Part shown: in pieces, positions 34,174 to 43,956 of the stretch
Numbering within the stretch: position 1 is the stretch's first letter
How the letters are laid out: the number at the start of each line of letters is the position of its first letter
NCBI GenBank assembly: GCA_021793575.1
Contig: JAJYSM010000001.1
Location: 3,371-67,370 of the forward strand
From: Pseudomonadota bacterium
Lineage (GTDB): Bacteria > Pseudomonadota > Gammaproteobacteria > Xanthomonadales > Rhodanobacteraceae
DNA: 64,000 nucleotides
Direction of reading: 5' to 3'
Translations under genes and position numbers: made by a program
Notes under the pieces: generated by a model
What the model saw: the letters and a program-made list of their open reading frames with translations, nothing else
Database searches by the model: none
What the model was told of the DNA's origin: nothing

Positions 34174-34428
34174 TCCGGGAAAACTTGAACAAAACCATGA
34201 AAATCAGATGGCTGTGAAACTTGAACCCGCGCGTTCTCCGGCAGATGGCGCAACCGGTGTGCTTATAACGAAACAGTCATTGCTGCACATTTGACTCACC
34301 CCGGTCGCCATATGGCGCCAGGTCAAACGTCTTGATCGCGCATCCAGGCAGACTCATCTGTCATGCAGACCACACGCAATCCATCGGAGGGCTCCTCCCG
34401 GCTCTCTCCATGCTCCAGAGGATGTCCC

Positions 34429-35379
34429 ATGAAAAATCGCCGCCTCGGCCAATCACCGCTCGAAGTCGCCCCGCTCGTCTTAGGCGGCAACGTATTCGGC
34501 TGGAGCGCCGACGAGCCGCGCTCGTTCGAACTGCTCGACGCCTTCGTCGACGCCGGCTGCAACCTGATCGACACCGCCGACGTCTACTCGGCGTGGGCGC
34601 CGGGCAACCGCGGCGGCGAGTCGGAGGCGATCATCGGCCGCTGGCTCCGCCACAGCGGCAAGCGCGAGCAGGTGCTGCTGGCCACCAAGGTCGGCAAATG
34701 GAGCGAGCATCCCGGGCTGTCGCCGGTGAATATCCGGCAGGCGGTGGAGGCCTCGCTGCAGCGCCTGCAGACCGATCATATCGACCTGTACCAGGCGCAC
34801 GAGGACGACGCCAGCGTGCCGCTGGCCGAGACGCTGGGCGCATTCGGACGGCTGATCGAGGAAGGCAAGGTGCGCGCGATCGGCGCCTCCAACTACGGCG
34901 CCGACCGCCTGGCCGAGGCGCTGGCCGTGTCGAAGCAGCACGGCCTGCCGCGCTACGAAAGCCTGCAGCCGGAATACAACCTGGTCAGCCGCGCCGGCTA
35001 CGAAGCGGAGCTGGAGCCGCTGATCCGCCGCGAGCAGATCGGCGTGCTCAGCTACTACGGGTTGGCCAGCGGCTTTCTCAGCGGCAAGTACCGCAGCGCG
35101 GCCGACCTGGCGCAAAGCAGCGCCCGCAGCGGGGCGGTGAAGAAGTACCTGAATCCGCGCGGCCTGCAGGTGCTGGCTGCGCTGGACGCGGTCGCCGCCA
35201 GCCAGCGCGCCACCCCGGCGCAGGTGGCGCTGGCGTGGCTGATGGCGCGGCCCGGGCTCACCGCGCCGATCGCCAGCGCCACCAGCGTGGCGCAGCTGCG
35301 CGAGCTGATGGGGGCGACTGCGCTGACGCTGGATGCCGACGCCATCGCCACGCTGGATCGGGCCAGCGCCGAGGCCTGA
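34429..35379 (+). CDS. Aldo/keto reductase
   Basis: LGGNVFGW, IDTADVYS, ATKVG, DLYQAH, IGASN, LQPEYNL, PIASATS. Confidence 0.93.
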   Translation: MKNRRLGQSPLEVAPLVLGGNVFGWSADEPRSFELLDAFVDAGCNLIDTADVYSAWAPGNRGGESEAIIGRWLRHSGKREQVLLATKVGKWSEHPGLSPVNIRQAVEASLQRLQTDHIDLYQAHEDDASVPLAETLGAFGRLIEEGKVRAIGASNYGADRLAEALAVSKQHGLPRYESLQPEYNLVSRAGYEAELEPLIRREQIGVLSYYGLASGFLSGKYRSAADLAQSSARSGAVKKYLNPRGLQVLAALDAVAASQRATPAQVALAWLMARPGLTAPIASATSVAQLRELMGATALTLDADAIATLDRASAEA

Positions 35380-36468
35380 TCAACGCGGCGTCGAGGCGGC
35401 CGCCGCAGGCGCGCTGCTGGCTGCCGGCGCCGGGTCGGCATCCTGCTCCTGCGGCGATTCCACCGCGTAGCCCTGCGCCTTGAGCTGCGCCAGCCAGCCG
35501 TCCGGCGACAGCAGCTGGTCGATCGGCAGCAGCGCGAAGGTCTGCGCGTTGTGCGCCAACGCCGTGCGCGCGGCGGTCAGCCAGACCTCGCGCAGCCGCG
35601 CCGGCAGGTCGTCCAGCCCCAGCTTGTGCGCGAAACCGGCGCTGGTCAGCGCGGCCACGCAGGTATCGCGGCGATCGCTGTCGGGCAGCTGCTGCAGGGT
35701 CTGCAGATCGCCGCTGGCCCACGCGTTGGCGCGCGCCGCCATCGCCGGCAGGTCGTGCTCGATGCTGTCCAGCGTGTGGCTGAAGCAGGCGGTGTCGTCC
35801 AGGCCCGAAGTGGTGAACGCCTTGATCGCCGCGCGCGGCTGCTCGATCACGGTCCGGTAGACCACCGGCGTGGGCGTGATGCCGTGCTGCTTCGCCAGCG
35901 CGTCCACCGTCGAGGCGATGCCGCCCGAGTTGTTCAGGCCGTTGGCCTTGAGCGCCTTGTTGTAGAGCGCCTGCGCGGCGAAGATCGGCCGCCAGCGCTC
36001 GATCCCCCGATCATTGCCGATGTACTGCTGCTTGAGCACCAGCCAGCGCACGTACTGCGCCGGTGGCAGCAGCTGCTGCAGCGTCTTGCCGTCCGCGTTC
36101 TTGCGCGCGCTGTACGCCGCCGGCAGCAGGAACAGCTTGCCGAAGAAACCCACGTCCAGCTTCATCTTGAGCGACGGCGCCAGCAGCACCTGCTGCGAGC
36201 CGGCGATCACGTCCGCCACCTGCTGCGATTGCCAGGTCATGCTGCGCGGCAGCGGGGAAAGCGTGCCGAGTATCCACAGCACGTGATCGCCGCGGGACAC
36301 CTTCCACAGGCCCGGCCCCGGCTGCACGCCGCTGACCACCACCGGCTTGAGGTTGGCCACGTTCGACGGCGTCAGCGGCGGCGGCGCGCTGGCCGCGGTG
36401 GACTGGGCGAACGCGGGCATCAGGCCGCCCAGGGCAAACAGCAAGACGGCGGTGCGGCACAGTCGCAT
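35380..36468 (-). CDS. TraB/GumN family protein
   Basis: Signal peptide, PGLWKVSRGDHVLWILGT, C-terminal LLSPDGWLAQLKAQGYAVE. Confidence 0.85.
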   Translation of the reverse strand: MRLCRTAVLLFALGGLMPAFAQSTAASAPPPLTPSNVANLKPVVVSGVQPGPGLWKVSRGDHVLWILGTLSPLPRSMTWQSQQVADVIAGSQQVLLAPSLKMKLDVGFFGKLFLLPAAYSARKNADGKTLQQLLPPAQYVRWLVLKQQYIGNDRGIERWRPIFAAQALYNKALKANGLNNSGGIASTVDALAKQHGITPTPVVYRTVIEQPRAAIKAFTTSGLDDTACFSHTLDSIEHDLPAMAARANAWASGDLQTLQQLPDSDRRDTCVAALTSAGFAHKLGLDDLPARLREVWLTAARTALAHNAQTFALLPIDQLLSPDGWLAQLKAQGYAVESPQEQDADPAPAASSAPAAAASTPR

Positions 36469-36538
36469 CGGCGAACACTCCTTCGGCATGGGCCGTCATT
36501 GTGTCAGGCGGAAACTGACTGGCACGCTGCCGGCCGTT

Positions 36539-38275
36539 TCATGGCGGCAGCCGCGCGCTCTCGGGATAGGCTGGCACGTCGACGTGCTCGCCCGCGCGCA
36601 GTCGCGCCTGCAGCGCGCACCACCAGGCCGGGTCGAAGATTTCCGGGTGCGCGCTGACCAGCGCCGCGCGCAGCGGCGCCGGCACGCCGAGGAAGTTCAC
36701 GAACAGTTCGGGAAACACATCCTGCGGCGCGGCGTACAGCCAGTCGTCCAGCGGCCGCGTGGCGTCCTCGTCGCGCACCGGCGGCACCGCGCGGAAGCGG
36801 CACTCGCCGAGCAGGCACAGCTCGTCGTAGTCGTAGAACACCGCGCGGCCGTTGCCGGAGATGCCGAAGTTCTTCAGCAGCAGATCGCCCGGAAAGATGT
36901 TGCTGGCGGCCAGGTCCTTGATCGCCTGGCCGTAGTCGCGCATGGCGCGGCACGCCTCGGTCGGGTTCACCTCGCGCACGTACAGATCCAGCGGGCGCAG
37001 CCGGCGCTCCACGTAGCAGTGCCCGATCACCAGCTCGTCGCCGTCCACGCTCGCCGTGTCGGCGCATTCGGCCAGCAGCTCCGCCAGCAGGTCCGCGTCG
37101 ACCTGATGCAGCGGAAAGCGCAGCTGGCGAAACTCCTGCGTGTCGACCAGCCGGCCGGCGCGATCGTGGCGGAACACCAGCCGGTATTTGGCCTCCACCT
37201 GACTTCGCGTGGTGTCCTTCGGCCACGCAAAGCGGTCGCGGATCAGTTTGAACACCACCGGCAGGTCGCGCAGGGTGAACACCGCCATCACCATGCCGCG
37301 CTGGCCGTCGGCGCGCAGCAGGCGCTCGTGCGGGTGGATGGCCAGATGGCCGAACACGCGCCGGTAACGCTCGGTTTTGCCCTGCTTGGCGCGGCCGAGC
37401 ACGCTGTACAGCTCCTCCAGCGGCTTGTGCGGCAGCAACGCGCGCACGAACGCCACCACCGCGCCGACGTTGGCGATGTCCGCATGGAAATAGCTGCGCG
37501 CGTAGCCGAACAGGATCGACACCTGCTCGCGCGCGGTAAGCAGCGCATCCACCCGCACGCCGTCGTCGGCGTGCAGCAGCGCGATCACCAGCGGATGGCG
37601 GCGCTGGCCGCCGCGCACGCGCCCGACCAGGTAGGCGCGCTGCTCGCGGTAGAACACCGTCTGCAGCACGTCGAGGCTCTCGATCGCGGCCAGCCCCAGC
37701 GCGGCCAGCCGCGCGTGCAGCGCAGCGGCCAGCCGGGCCGCGTCGCCGGCGACATCGGCATAACCGAAATCCGCGTCGGCCAACAGCTGCGCGCAGGCGT
37801 CCGCCAGCGCGTCGCCCACCCGGTAGCGCCGATGCGGCGCGGCGTCGCTGGGCTCGGTATACGGCTCGCGGTCGAGCGCCACGAATTCGATCTCGGGCGC
37901 CACCCCGCGGGTGTGGAAGTGGCGCCGCGAGAGGGAGCTGAACCAGGTCTTGTACAGCTCGCGATCGGCCAGCTCGGCCACCCGCCGCTCGTACTCCCGG
38001 CGCATCGCCGCCCATAGCGCGCGCGAGCGCAGGCGGTCGTCGAGCAGTGCGTCCAGCCGGCCCTGCGTCTCGCGGATGCAGATGTCGTAGAGGTCGATGC
38101 GCGCATGCGCATCCACGGCGGCGGCGCGCCAGTCGCGCCGCTCGAAGCGGCGCCGCGCGCGCCGGGTGATGTCGGCAAAGCGTGCGTTGTAGTCGGCAAA
38201 GGCATCCACCAACAGTGCCGCCGCGGCACATGCCTGCGGATCGGCGGCTGACGCGGTGCTGACGACGGACTTCAT
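36539..38275 (-). CDS. aceK: Isocitrate dehydrogenase kinase/phosphatase
   Basis: FYREQRAYLVGR, GKTERYR, GMVMAVF, FKLIRDRF, NIFPGDLLLKNFG, VFYDYDEL. Confidence 0.95.
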   Translation of the reverse strand: MKSVVSTASAADPQACAAAALLVDAFADYNARFADITRRARRRFERRDWRAAAVDAHARIDLYDICIRETQGRLDALLDDRLRSRALWAAMRREYERRVAELADRELYKTWFSSLSRRHFHTRGVAPEIEFVALDREPYTEPSDAAPHRRYRVGDALADACAQLLADADFGYADVAGDAARLAAALHARLAALGLAAIESLDVLQTVFYREQRAYLVGRVRGGQRRHPLVIALLHADDGVRVDALLTAREQVSILFGYARSYFHADIANVGAVVAFVRALLPHKPLEELYSVLGRAKQGKTERYRRVFGHLAIHPHERLLRADGQRGMVMAVFTLRDLPVVFKLIRDRFAWPKDTTRSQVEAKYRLVFRHDRAGRLVDTQEFRQLRFPLHQVDADLLAELLAECADTASVDGDELVIGHCYVERRLRPLDLYVREVNPTEACRAMRDYGQAIKDLAASNIFPGDLLLKNFGISGNGRAVFYDYDELCLLGECRFRAVPPVRDEDATRPLDDWLYAAPQDVFPELFVNFLGVPAPLRAALVSAHPEIFDPAWWCALQARLRAGEHVDVPAYPESARLPP

Positions 38276-38412
38276 GGCCGCAGTCTAGCCGCAGCACCGG
38301 CCCGATCGGGCCGGGCGCCGGCAGAGCCGCCCGCCCACGCTGGCTTGCCGTCCAAGCCCGACGGGCTGCCGGTCCCGGTGGATGCCGGGGTGCTTCTGGC
38401 TGCGCGTCGCAG

Positions 38413-39972
38413 TCAGTGCGCAGTGCCCTTGCCGGCAGGCGGCTGCAGGCTGGGGCTGTCCAGATCCAGTGCGGTCGACTGCAGCAGCTCGGCCTGCGGA
38501 TACGCCTGGCGGATCGCCGCGGCGAACCGGGCGGCGTCGCCGACCACCACCACCTTGCTGCCCGTCGCGTCCAGATATTTGTGCGCGTAGGTTTCCACCT
38601 GCTGCGGCGTGACCGCCTGCACGCGCGCGATGTACTGGCCGATGCCGTCCAGCGGCAGGCCATACACCGCCAGTTTGCCGACCTGCTCGGCCAGCCCGGC
38701 GGTGGTTTCCAGGCTGCGGCCATAGGCGCCGATCAGGGCGGCCTTGCGCGCGGCCAGCTCCTGCGGGTCGACCAGCTGGCTGCCGAGGCGCTTGAACTCG
38801 CCCAGCATCAGTGCCACCACCTGCGGCGCCGACGGGTTCTTGGTCTGCGCCGCAGCCAGCCACAGCCCGGCATCGCCGAGCGGTTCCAGCCGGCTGCTGG
38901 CGCCGTAGGAAAGCCCGCGCTTGATGCGGATCTCCTCGTTCAGGCGCGCCGAGTACGAACCGCCGAGCACCGCATTGGCGACCAGCCCGGCGTAGTAATC
39001 GGCGTGCCGGCGCGACGGCGCGGCGTGTGCTGCGATCACCCCGGCCTGACCGGCGCCGCGCTGATCGATCAGCAGCACCGCCGGCAGCCGGCTGGCCGTG
39101 CTGCCGACCGGCCGCAGCGGCAGCGGCAGCGCCGGCTTCTGCCAGTGGCCGAAGCTGGCCTGCGCCAGCTGCAGCGCCTGCGCCGGGGTGACGTCGCCGG
39201 TGAGGATCAGGATCGCGTTGTCGGGCCGGTACAGCCGCGCGTGCAGCTGCTGCACCTCGGCGCGGGTGATGCGGGCGATCGACGCCGGCGTGCCGCTGCG
39301 CGAGTGGCCGTAGGCACCGCTGCCGAACACGCCGCGGCTTGCCGCCAGCGAAGCCAGCGCGGTGGGTCGGCTGAGCATCAGCCGCAGGTCATCGGCGGCC
39401 TGGGCCTTGGCCCGCTTCAGCTCGGCCGCGCTGAAATCCGGCCGGCACACCACCTCGGCCAGCAGATGCAGCGCCGGCGGCAGTTTGGGCGTGGTCACGG
39501 TGATGCCCACCGCGCTCTCGTCCCAGCCGGCAGCGGCGCTGAGCGAGCCGCCCAGCGCCTCGGCGGCGGCGGCGATCTGCGGCGCGCTCTGGCCGCCCGC
39601 GCCCTTGCTCAGCAGGTTGGCGGTGAGATCGGCCAGCCCCGCCAGCCGCGGCGGATCCATCTCGCCGCCGCTGCGCAGCACCAGCTGCGCGGTCACCAGC
39701 GGCAGCCCGGCGCGGCGCACGCTGATCACCTGCAGGCCGTTGGCCAGCGTCTGCGCAGACGGTGTCGGCACGCTCAGCTGTGGCGCCGGCCCGGGCGCGG
39801 GTGCGCTGGACGGAAAGCCGTCGAGCGCGGCGGTCGATGCGGCGCTGGCCGGTGCGGCCGCAGCGGTTGGCCGGGTCGGCGCGCCGCCCGGCGCGCAGCC
39901 GCTGACGATCACAAAAGCGGCAATAAGGATGGCCGTAAAGACGGCCAGACGCAGGCGAATGACGCGCTTCAT
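38413..39972 (-). CDS. M16 (pitrilysin) peptidase, non-catalytic-type subunit
   Basis: TLANGLQV, no HxxEH motif, LGGSYSARLNEEIRIKRGLSYG; lipoprotein-like signal; overlaps the upstream gene by 4 nt. Confidence 0.88.
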   Translation of the reverse strand: MKRVIRLRLAVFTAILIAAFVIVSGCAPGGAPTRPTAAAAPASAASTAALDGFPSSAPAPGPAPQLSVPTPSAQTLANGLQVISVRRAGLPLVTAQLVLRSGGEMDPPRLAGLADLTANLLSKGAGGQSAPQIAAAAEALGGSLSAAAGWDESAVGITVTTPKLPPALHLLAEVVCRPDFSAAELKRAKAQAADDLRLMLSRPTALASLAASRGVFGSGAYGHSRSGTPASIARITRAEVQQLHARLYRPDNAILILTGDVTPAQALQLAQASFGHWQKPALPLPLRPVGSTASRLPAVLLIDQRGAGQAGVIAAHAAPSRRHADYYAGLVANAVLGGSYSARLNEEIRIKRGLSYGASSRLEPLGDAGLWLAAAQTKNPSAPQVVALMLGEFKRLGSQLVDPQELAARKAALIGAYGRSLETTAGLAEQVGKLAVYGLPLDGIGQYIARVQAVTPQQVETYAHKYLDATGSKVVVVGDAARFAAAIRQAYPQAELLQSTALDLDSPSLQPPAGKGTAH

Positions 39973-41357
39973 TTCGCTGCTCCCTTGCCGGCGCCAGGCT
40001 TGCCGGCATCCGCCTGCGGCAGGTAGTCGATGGTGACGCTGTGCGCGCCGGTGACGTATTTCTGCAGCACGCGGTGCACGTCCTTCGCGGTGACCTTCTG
40101 CAGCGCCACCAGATCGGTATTGACGCGCTCGGGGTTGCCGTCGATCAGGATTGCCTGCCCCAGCGCAAACGCGATGCCCTGCGCGGTCTGGCGCTGCTTG
40201 AGCTGGCTGGTGAGCAGCAGCGTCTTGACCTTGTCCAGCTCGGCGGCGGGGATCGGCTGGGTGGCCAGCCAGATGATCTCCTCGTTCAGCAGCTTCTCCG
40301 CCGCGGCCGGCTGGTGGCCGCTGGCCAGGATCGCGTAGACCGTGAACAGGCCCGGGCCGACCCGGCCATCGGCATCGGCGCCCACCTGCTGGGCCACCTG
40401 ATGGCGGTACACCAGCGACTGGTACAGCCGCGACGAATCGCCTAGCGACAGCAGCGCCGCGGCCACCTGCAGCGGAATCGCGTCGGCGCTGTCCGCGGCC
40501 GGCGGGATCAGCCAGGTGATCGCCACCGCCGGCAGCGGCGCGATCGCGCTGGTGATGGTGTAACGCAGATTCTTCTTGCGCGCCGGCTCCTGCGCGGTCA
40601 CCTGCGGCACCGGCGTCGCCGGCTTGGCGATGCCGCCGAAGTAGCGGTCGACCCACGCATCGAGCTGCTGCGGGTTGAAGTCACCGGCGACGATCAGGGT
40701 GGCGTTGTCGGGCCGGTAGTAGGTGTTGTGGAACTTGATCACGTCGGCCAGCGAGGCCGCTTCCAGATCGGCGATGCTGCCGATGGTGGGCCGCCGGTAC
40801 GGATGCACCGTGTACGACATCGGATCGATCGCGTTGAACAGCTGGCCGTACGGGTTGGCCAGCACGCTCTGGCGGTACTCCTCCTCCACCACGGCGCGCT
40901 CGGAGACGAAATTCTTCTCGTCCACCTTGAGGTTGGACAGCCGCTCGGCCTCGGCCCACAGCAGCGTCTGCAGATAATTGCTCGGCACCACCTCGAAGTA
41001 GTTGGTGACGTCGTCGCCGGTGGAGGCGTTGTTGGCGCCGCCGACGTCCTCGGTGAGCCGGTCCATCTGCTCGGCGTGCATATGTTTGGTGCTCTTGAAC
41101 ATCAGGTGCTCGAACAGATGCGCAAAGCCCGAGCGCCCCTGCGGATCGTCGCGCGAACCCACGTGGTACCACATCTGCACCGCCACGGTGGGGCTGGCGT
41201 GATCCTCCACGCTGAGCACCTGCAGCCCGTTGGCCAGCGTGCGCTCGTGGTACTGGATGGGCGGTATCGCCAGTTCGGCCGCCGCCAGCGGCGATGCTGC
41301 CGCAGCGGCACAGAGCAGGGCAAACGAGGCGAACAGCGTGATCGGGCGCATCGGCAT
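39969..41357 (-). CDS. M16 (pitrilysin) zinc peptidase, catalytic subunit
   Basis: SGFAHLFEHLMF (HxxEH), NASTGDDVTNY, ERAVVEEE, YYRPDNA. Confidence 0.92.
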   Translation of the reverse strand: MPMRPITLFASFALLCAAAAASPLAAAELAIPPIQYHERTLANGLQVLSVEDHASPTVAVQMWYHVGSRDDPQGRSGFAHLFEHLMFKSTKHMHAEQMDRLTEDVGGANNASTGDDVTNYFEVVPSNYLQTLLWAEAERLSNLKVDEKNFVSERAVVEEEYRQSVLANPYGQLFNAIDPMSYTVHPYRRPTIGSIADLEAASLADVIKFHNTYYRPDNATLIVAGDFNPQQLDAWVDRYFGGIAKPATPVPQVTAQEPARKKNLRYTITSAIAPLPAVAITWLIPPAADSADAIPLQVAAALLSLGDSSRLYQSLVYRHQVAQQVGADADGRVGPGLFTVYAILASGHQPAAAEKLLNEEIIWLATQPIPAAELDKVKTLLLTSQLKQRQTAQGIAFALGQAILIDGNPERVNTDLVALQKVTAKDVHRVLQKYVTGAHSVTIDYLPQADAGKPGAGKGAAK

Positions 41358-41594
41358 CGGCGATCCATTGGTCGGAAAGTGCCCAACCTTAGCAACTCCG
41401 CGCCAGCGGCACGACCCGACCCATGGCAGGCGGCATAAGTTCGAGTAGGCCGGATGGCGGTTTATCCGGCGGTGCTGCACTACCCGCCAACGGAGCAGCA
41501 GCGCCACGCAGCAACCTGCGGATACCCGGCACATTGCCTGCAGGCACCCTGCTGACAGCCTCCGCCAGGCTAAAGGCGCACCACGATGCGTCTC

Positions 41595-41623
41595 TTGCCC
41601 GCATGTACTTAAATAGGTACTAT
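41595..41623 (+). promoter_or_regulatory. Sigma-70 promoter with overlapping GTAC-N8-GTAC operator for the RelE/HTH TA pair
   Basis: TTGCCC-17 nt-TACTAT ending 6 nt before GTG 41630; GTACTTAAATAGGTAC imperfect palindrome at 41605-41620. Confidence 0.55.
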
Positions 41624-41629
41624 CGCGGC

Positions 41630-41977
41630 GTGCCAACTTCTCCTCTTCTCGAAGTTCGCTTCTACGCCACGGATGCAGGCCGCGAGCCGGTTCGCGACTG
41701 GCTGAAGTCCCTGATGCCTGACGCGCGCAAGGCGATCGGCGAAGACATCAAGACCATACAGTTCGGCTGGCCCTTGGGTATGCCATTGGTGCGCAAGATG
41801 GAACCGGGATTGTGGGAGGTGCGCAGCACGCTCGACACGGGGATTGCCCGTGTGCTGTTCACAACGGCCGGCCCGGTCATGGTGCTCCTGCACGGCTTCA
41901 TCAAGAAGTCCGACAAGACACCCAAGGATGACCTGAAGCTGGCTCTGCGTCGCGCGAAGGAGGTTCATCATGGCTAA
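41630..41977 (+). CDS. RelE/ParE-superfamily toxin (Gp49/DUF891, HigB-like)
   Basis: FYATDAGREPVRDWL, QFGWPLGMPLVRKM, LWEVRS, VLLHGFIKKSDKTP. Confidence 0.88.
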   Translation: MPTSPLLEVRFYATDAGREPVRDWLKSLMPDARKAIGEDIKTIQFGWPLGMPLVRKMEPGLWEVRSTLDTGIARVLFTTAGPVMVLLHGFIKKSDKTPKDDLKLALRRAKEVHHG

Positions 41978-42263
41978 GCACAATGCTCACATCGGCAGCA
42001 CGCTGGACGATGTTCTCGCCGAGGACGGCGTACTCGAAGAAGTATCGACGCGTGCGATCAAACGCGTGATTGCCTGGCAGTTGCAGGAAGCCATGAGGGC
42101 TCAGGGCCTCACCAAGACGGCGATGGCCCGGCGCATGCACACCAGCCGCTCGATGCTCGACCGGCTACTCAGCGAGACCGACACCGGCCTGACCCTCGAC
42201 ACACTCAGCCGTGCAGCCCAGGCGCTGGGCTACCGGGTGAAAGTGGAACTGGCGGCAGCGTAG
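41970..42263 (+). CDS. XRE-HTH antitoxin (HigA-like)
   Basis: HIGSTLDDVL...KRVIAWQL...GLTKTAMARRMHTSRSMLDRLL...TLDTL; overlaps the toxin by 8 nt. Confidence 0.88.
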   Translation: MAKHNAHIGSTLDDVLAEDGVLEEVSTRAIKRVIAWQLQEAMRAQGLTKTAMARRMHTSRSMLDRLLSETDTGLTLDTLSRAAQALGYRVKVELAAA

Positions 42264-42383
42264 GGGCGACGGACGCTCTTGGTCTTCTTTTCGTGAGCGC
42301 GAGCCGCTCAAACACAGTCGACCCCGTCTCACCGCCGCACAGGGGCCCCGGGTAGAGCGGCGCGCATCCTGCGTGCACTTCGG

Positions 42384-42420
42384 TCACCAACCATGCGGTG
42401 AGAGCGTGCAATCCCAATAT
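42384..42420. repeat. 37-bp direct repeat, copy 1
   Basis: TCACCAACCATGCGGTGAGAGCGTGCAATCCCAATAT; 35/37 identical to 43957-43993. Confidence 0.9.
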
Positions 42421-42613
42421 TGCAAACCGCCAGCTGGCTACCCACTCCGGACATCAAACCGGACGAGCTTCGCCAGCAAAACTGACCACGCGCGCCAGGA
42501 CGCTGACCAGCGTAGTCGACTGCCTCGATTGGGGAGGGTCAGTTTGACCCGGGAGCTGTCACTCACAGCATGGCGGGCAGGTTGCATCGGGATCGTTCAG
42601 ACATCAGACTGAG

Positions 42614-42631
42614 CTACAGACAAAACTGTAG
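42614..42631. promoter_or_regulatory. Perfect 6-6-6 inverted repeat upstream of the Xre antitoxin (putative operator)
   Basis: CTACAG-ACAAAA-CTGTAG, 12 bp before ATG 42644. Confidence 0.55.
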
Positions 42632-42643
42632 GTGGGCTGTGTG

Positions 42644-43150
42644 ATGAGCAATCTGAAACAGACGAAAACAATGCGTAAGGCGGGCCAGAAGGCCTCGTTT
42701 GCAAAGGCCGATCACTCGGTGGCGAACATGGCGCTCGCACAGTCACGCAAGGGCGTCGAGCGGGTGAAGATCGCCCACCATAGCGGCGTCAACGCCCTGT
42801 TGGCGAAATACGCCGACAAGAGGACGGGGAACGTCGTCGTGGACCGGCTGATTGACGGTACCGGATTCACCAAGAAGAACCTGGCGGGCACGCTTGGCAT
42901 CAGTATGGATGCGATGTACCGCCCGGATCGGGTCAACTCGCCCACCACGCAGGTGCGAATGCGCGAGATGCTTGAAATTCTCGGGCGCATCACCGACTGG
43001 GCGGGGGGCGAAGTGCAGGCGATGGCGTGGTACCGAGGCCAACCGATCCCGGCCTTCGGAGGTCGTACCGCCGAGTCCCTGGTCAAGTCCAATCAAGCGG
43101 GGCCATTGCGCGACTATCTGGACCACATGGCCATGGGTGGCTTTGCTTGA
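42644..43150 (+). CDS. Xre/MbcA/ParS-type antitoxin (DUF2384-like)
   Basis: HTH-like core then WAGGEVQAMAWYRGQPIPAFGGRTAESLV...YLDHMAMGGFA. Confidence 0.85.
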   Translation: MSNLKQTKTMRKAGQKASFAKADHSVANMALAQSRKGVERVKIAHHSGVNALLAKYADKRTGNVVVDRLIDGTGFTKKNLAGTLGISMDAMYRPDRVNSPTTQVRMREMLEILGRITDWAGGEVQAMAWYRGQPIPAFGGRTAESLVKSNQAGPLRDYLDHMAMGGFA

Positions 43151-43677
43151 GGTTTGCGGGAAGGGCCTACCGGGGCCATGACCCGCAGTGGGCGTTCGCA
43201 CCGCTGTCGGGTGATGGGGCAGCGGTCTACGGCGGGCGCTTCAATCCAAAAGGTGTTGCCGCGCTGTACCTCGCGCTGTCCCCGACGGGGGCGATCAACG
43301 AGGTGTGCCAGGGTCTTGCTTCCCGCATTGCCCCGATGACCTTGGTCGAATACGAAGTGGATTGCACTGACATCCACGACTTGACGGACGCCGCGGCTCG
43401 CGCTGCGCTGGGGATTGCGAAATCGGACATGGCCTGCAATTGGGGTGATGAGGCCTTGATCGCTGGCAAGACGCCGGCATCGTGGGCGATCGCAACGAGG
43501 CTCATCGCGGGCGGCGCGGCGGGCATCATCGTGCCGAGCTATGCCCAGGAGGCAGCTGCCGATCACCGGAATCTCGTGCTGTGGAAGCGGGGGAACCGGC
43601 GCCCGCATCGTGTCCGGGCCTACGATCCCACCGGCAAGCTTCCCGCGAACCAACTGTCCTGGCCGAAATCTCGGTAG
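43147..43677 (+). CDS. RES-domain toxin (NAD+ phosphorylase family)
   Basis: TTG overlapping the antitoxin TGA; AYRGH (R), GGRFNPKG, AINE (E), IIVPS (S), NLVLW. Confidence 0.87.
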   Translation: MRFAGRAYRGHDPQWAFAPLSGDGAAVYGGRFNPKGVAALYLALSPTGAINEVCQGLASRIAPMTLVEYEVDCTDIHDLTDAAARAALGIAKSDMACNWGDEALIAGKTPASWAIATRLIAGGAAGIIVPSYAQEAAADHRNLVLWKRGNRRPHRVRAYDPTGKLPANQLSWPKSR

Positions 43678-43760
43678 AGCGCGTGTGGATCATGAGCGTT
43701 CCACCGCGTCTCGAGGCGGCAGCAGTTTCGCGACGCGGTGGGTCAGGGGGCGACTCGGCT

Positions 43761-43940
43761 CTGATGGTGCTGACCAACGACAGTCGCACCGGGCTGGCGC
43801 TGGCCACGCTGGCGCTGGTGCACTCGACCCTCGGCGGCGCCGTGCTGCTGGCCGGCACCGGCATGTTCGGCGGCATCGCGCAGATCGCCATCGTCAGCTG
43901 GATCCAGCGCCGGGTGGCGCCGGCGATGATGGGCCGCAGC
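43761..43940 (+). pseudogene. Internal fragment of an MFS transporter gene
   Basis: GLALATLALVHSTLGGAVLLAGTGMFGGIAQIAIVSWIQRRVAPAMMGRS: two TM helices plus a Q-x(n)-GR loop, truncated at both ends. Confidence 0.55.
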
Positions 43941-43956
43941 AACGCACCCTTCACAA

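Noticed and set aside
34077-34428. pqqA precursor peptide or lanmodulin-like small ORF near xoxF
   Set aside because: No E-x3-Y PqqA-like peptide or EF-hand repeats were found in the intergenic frames I inspected.
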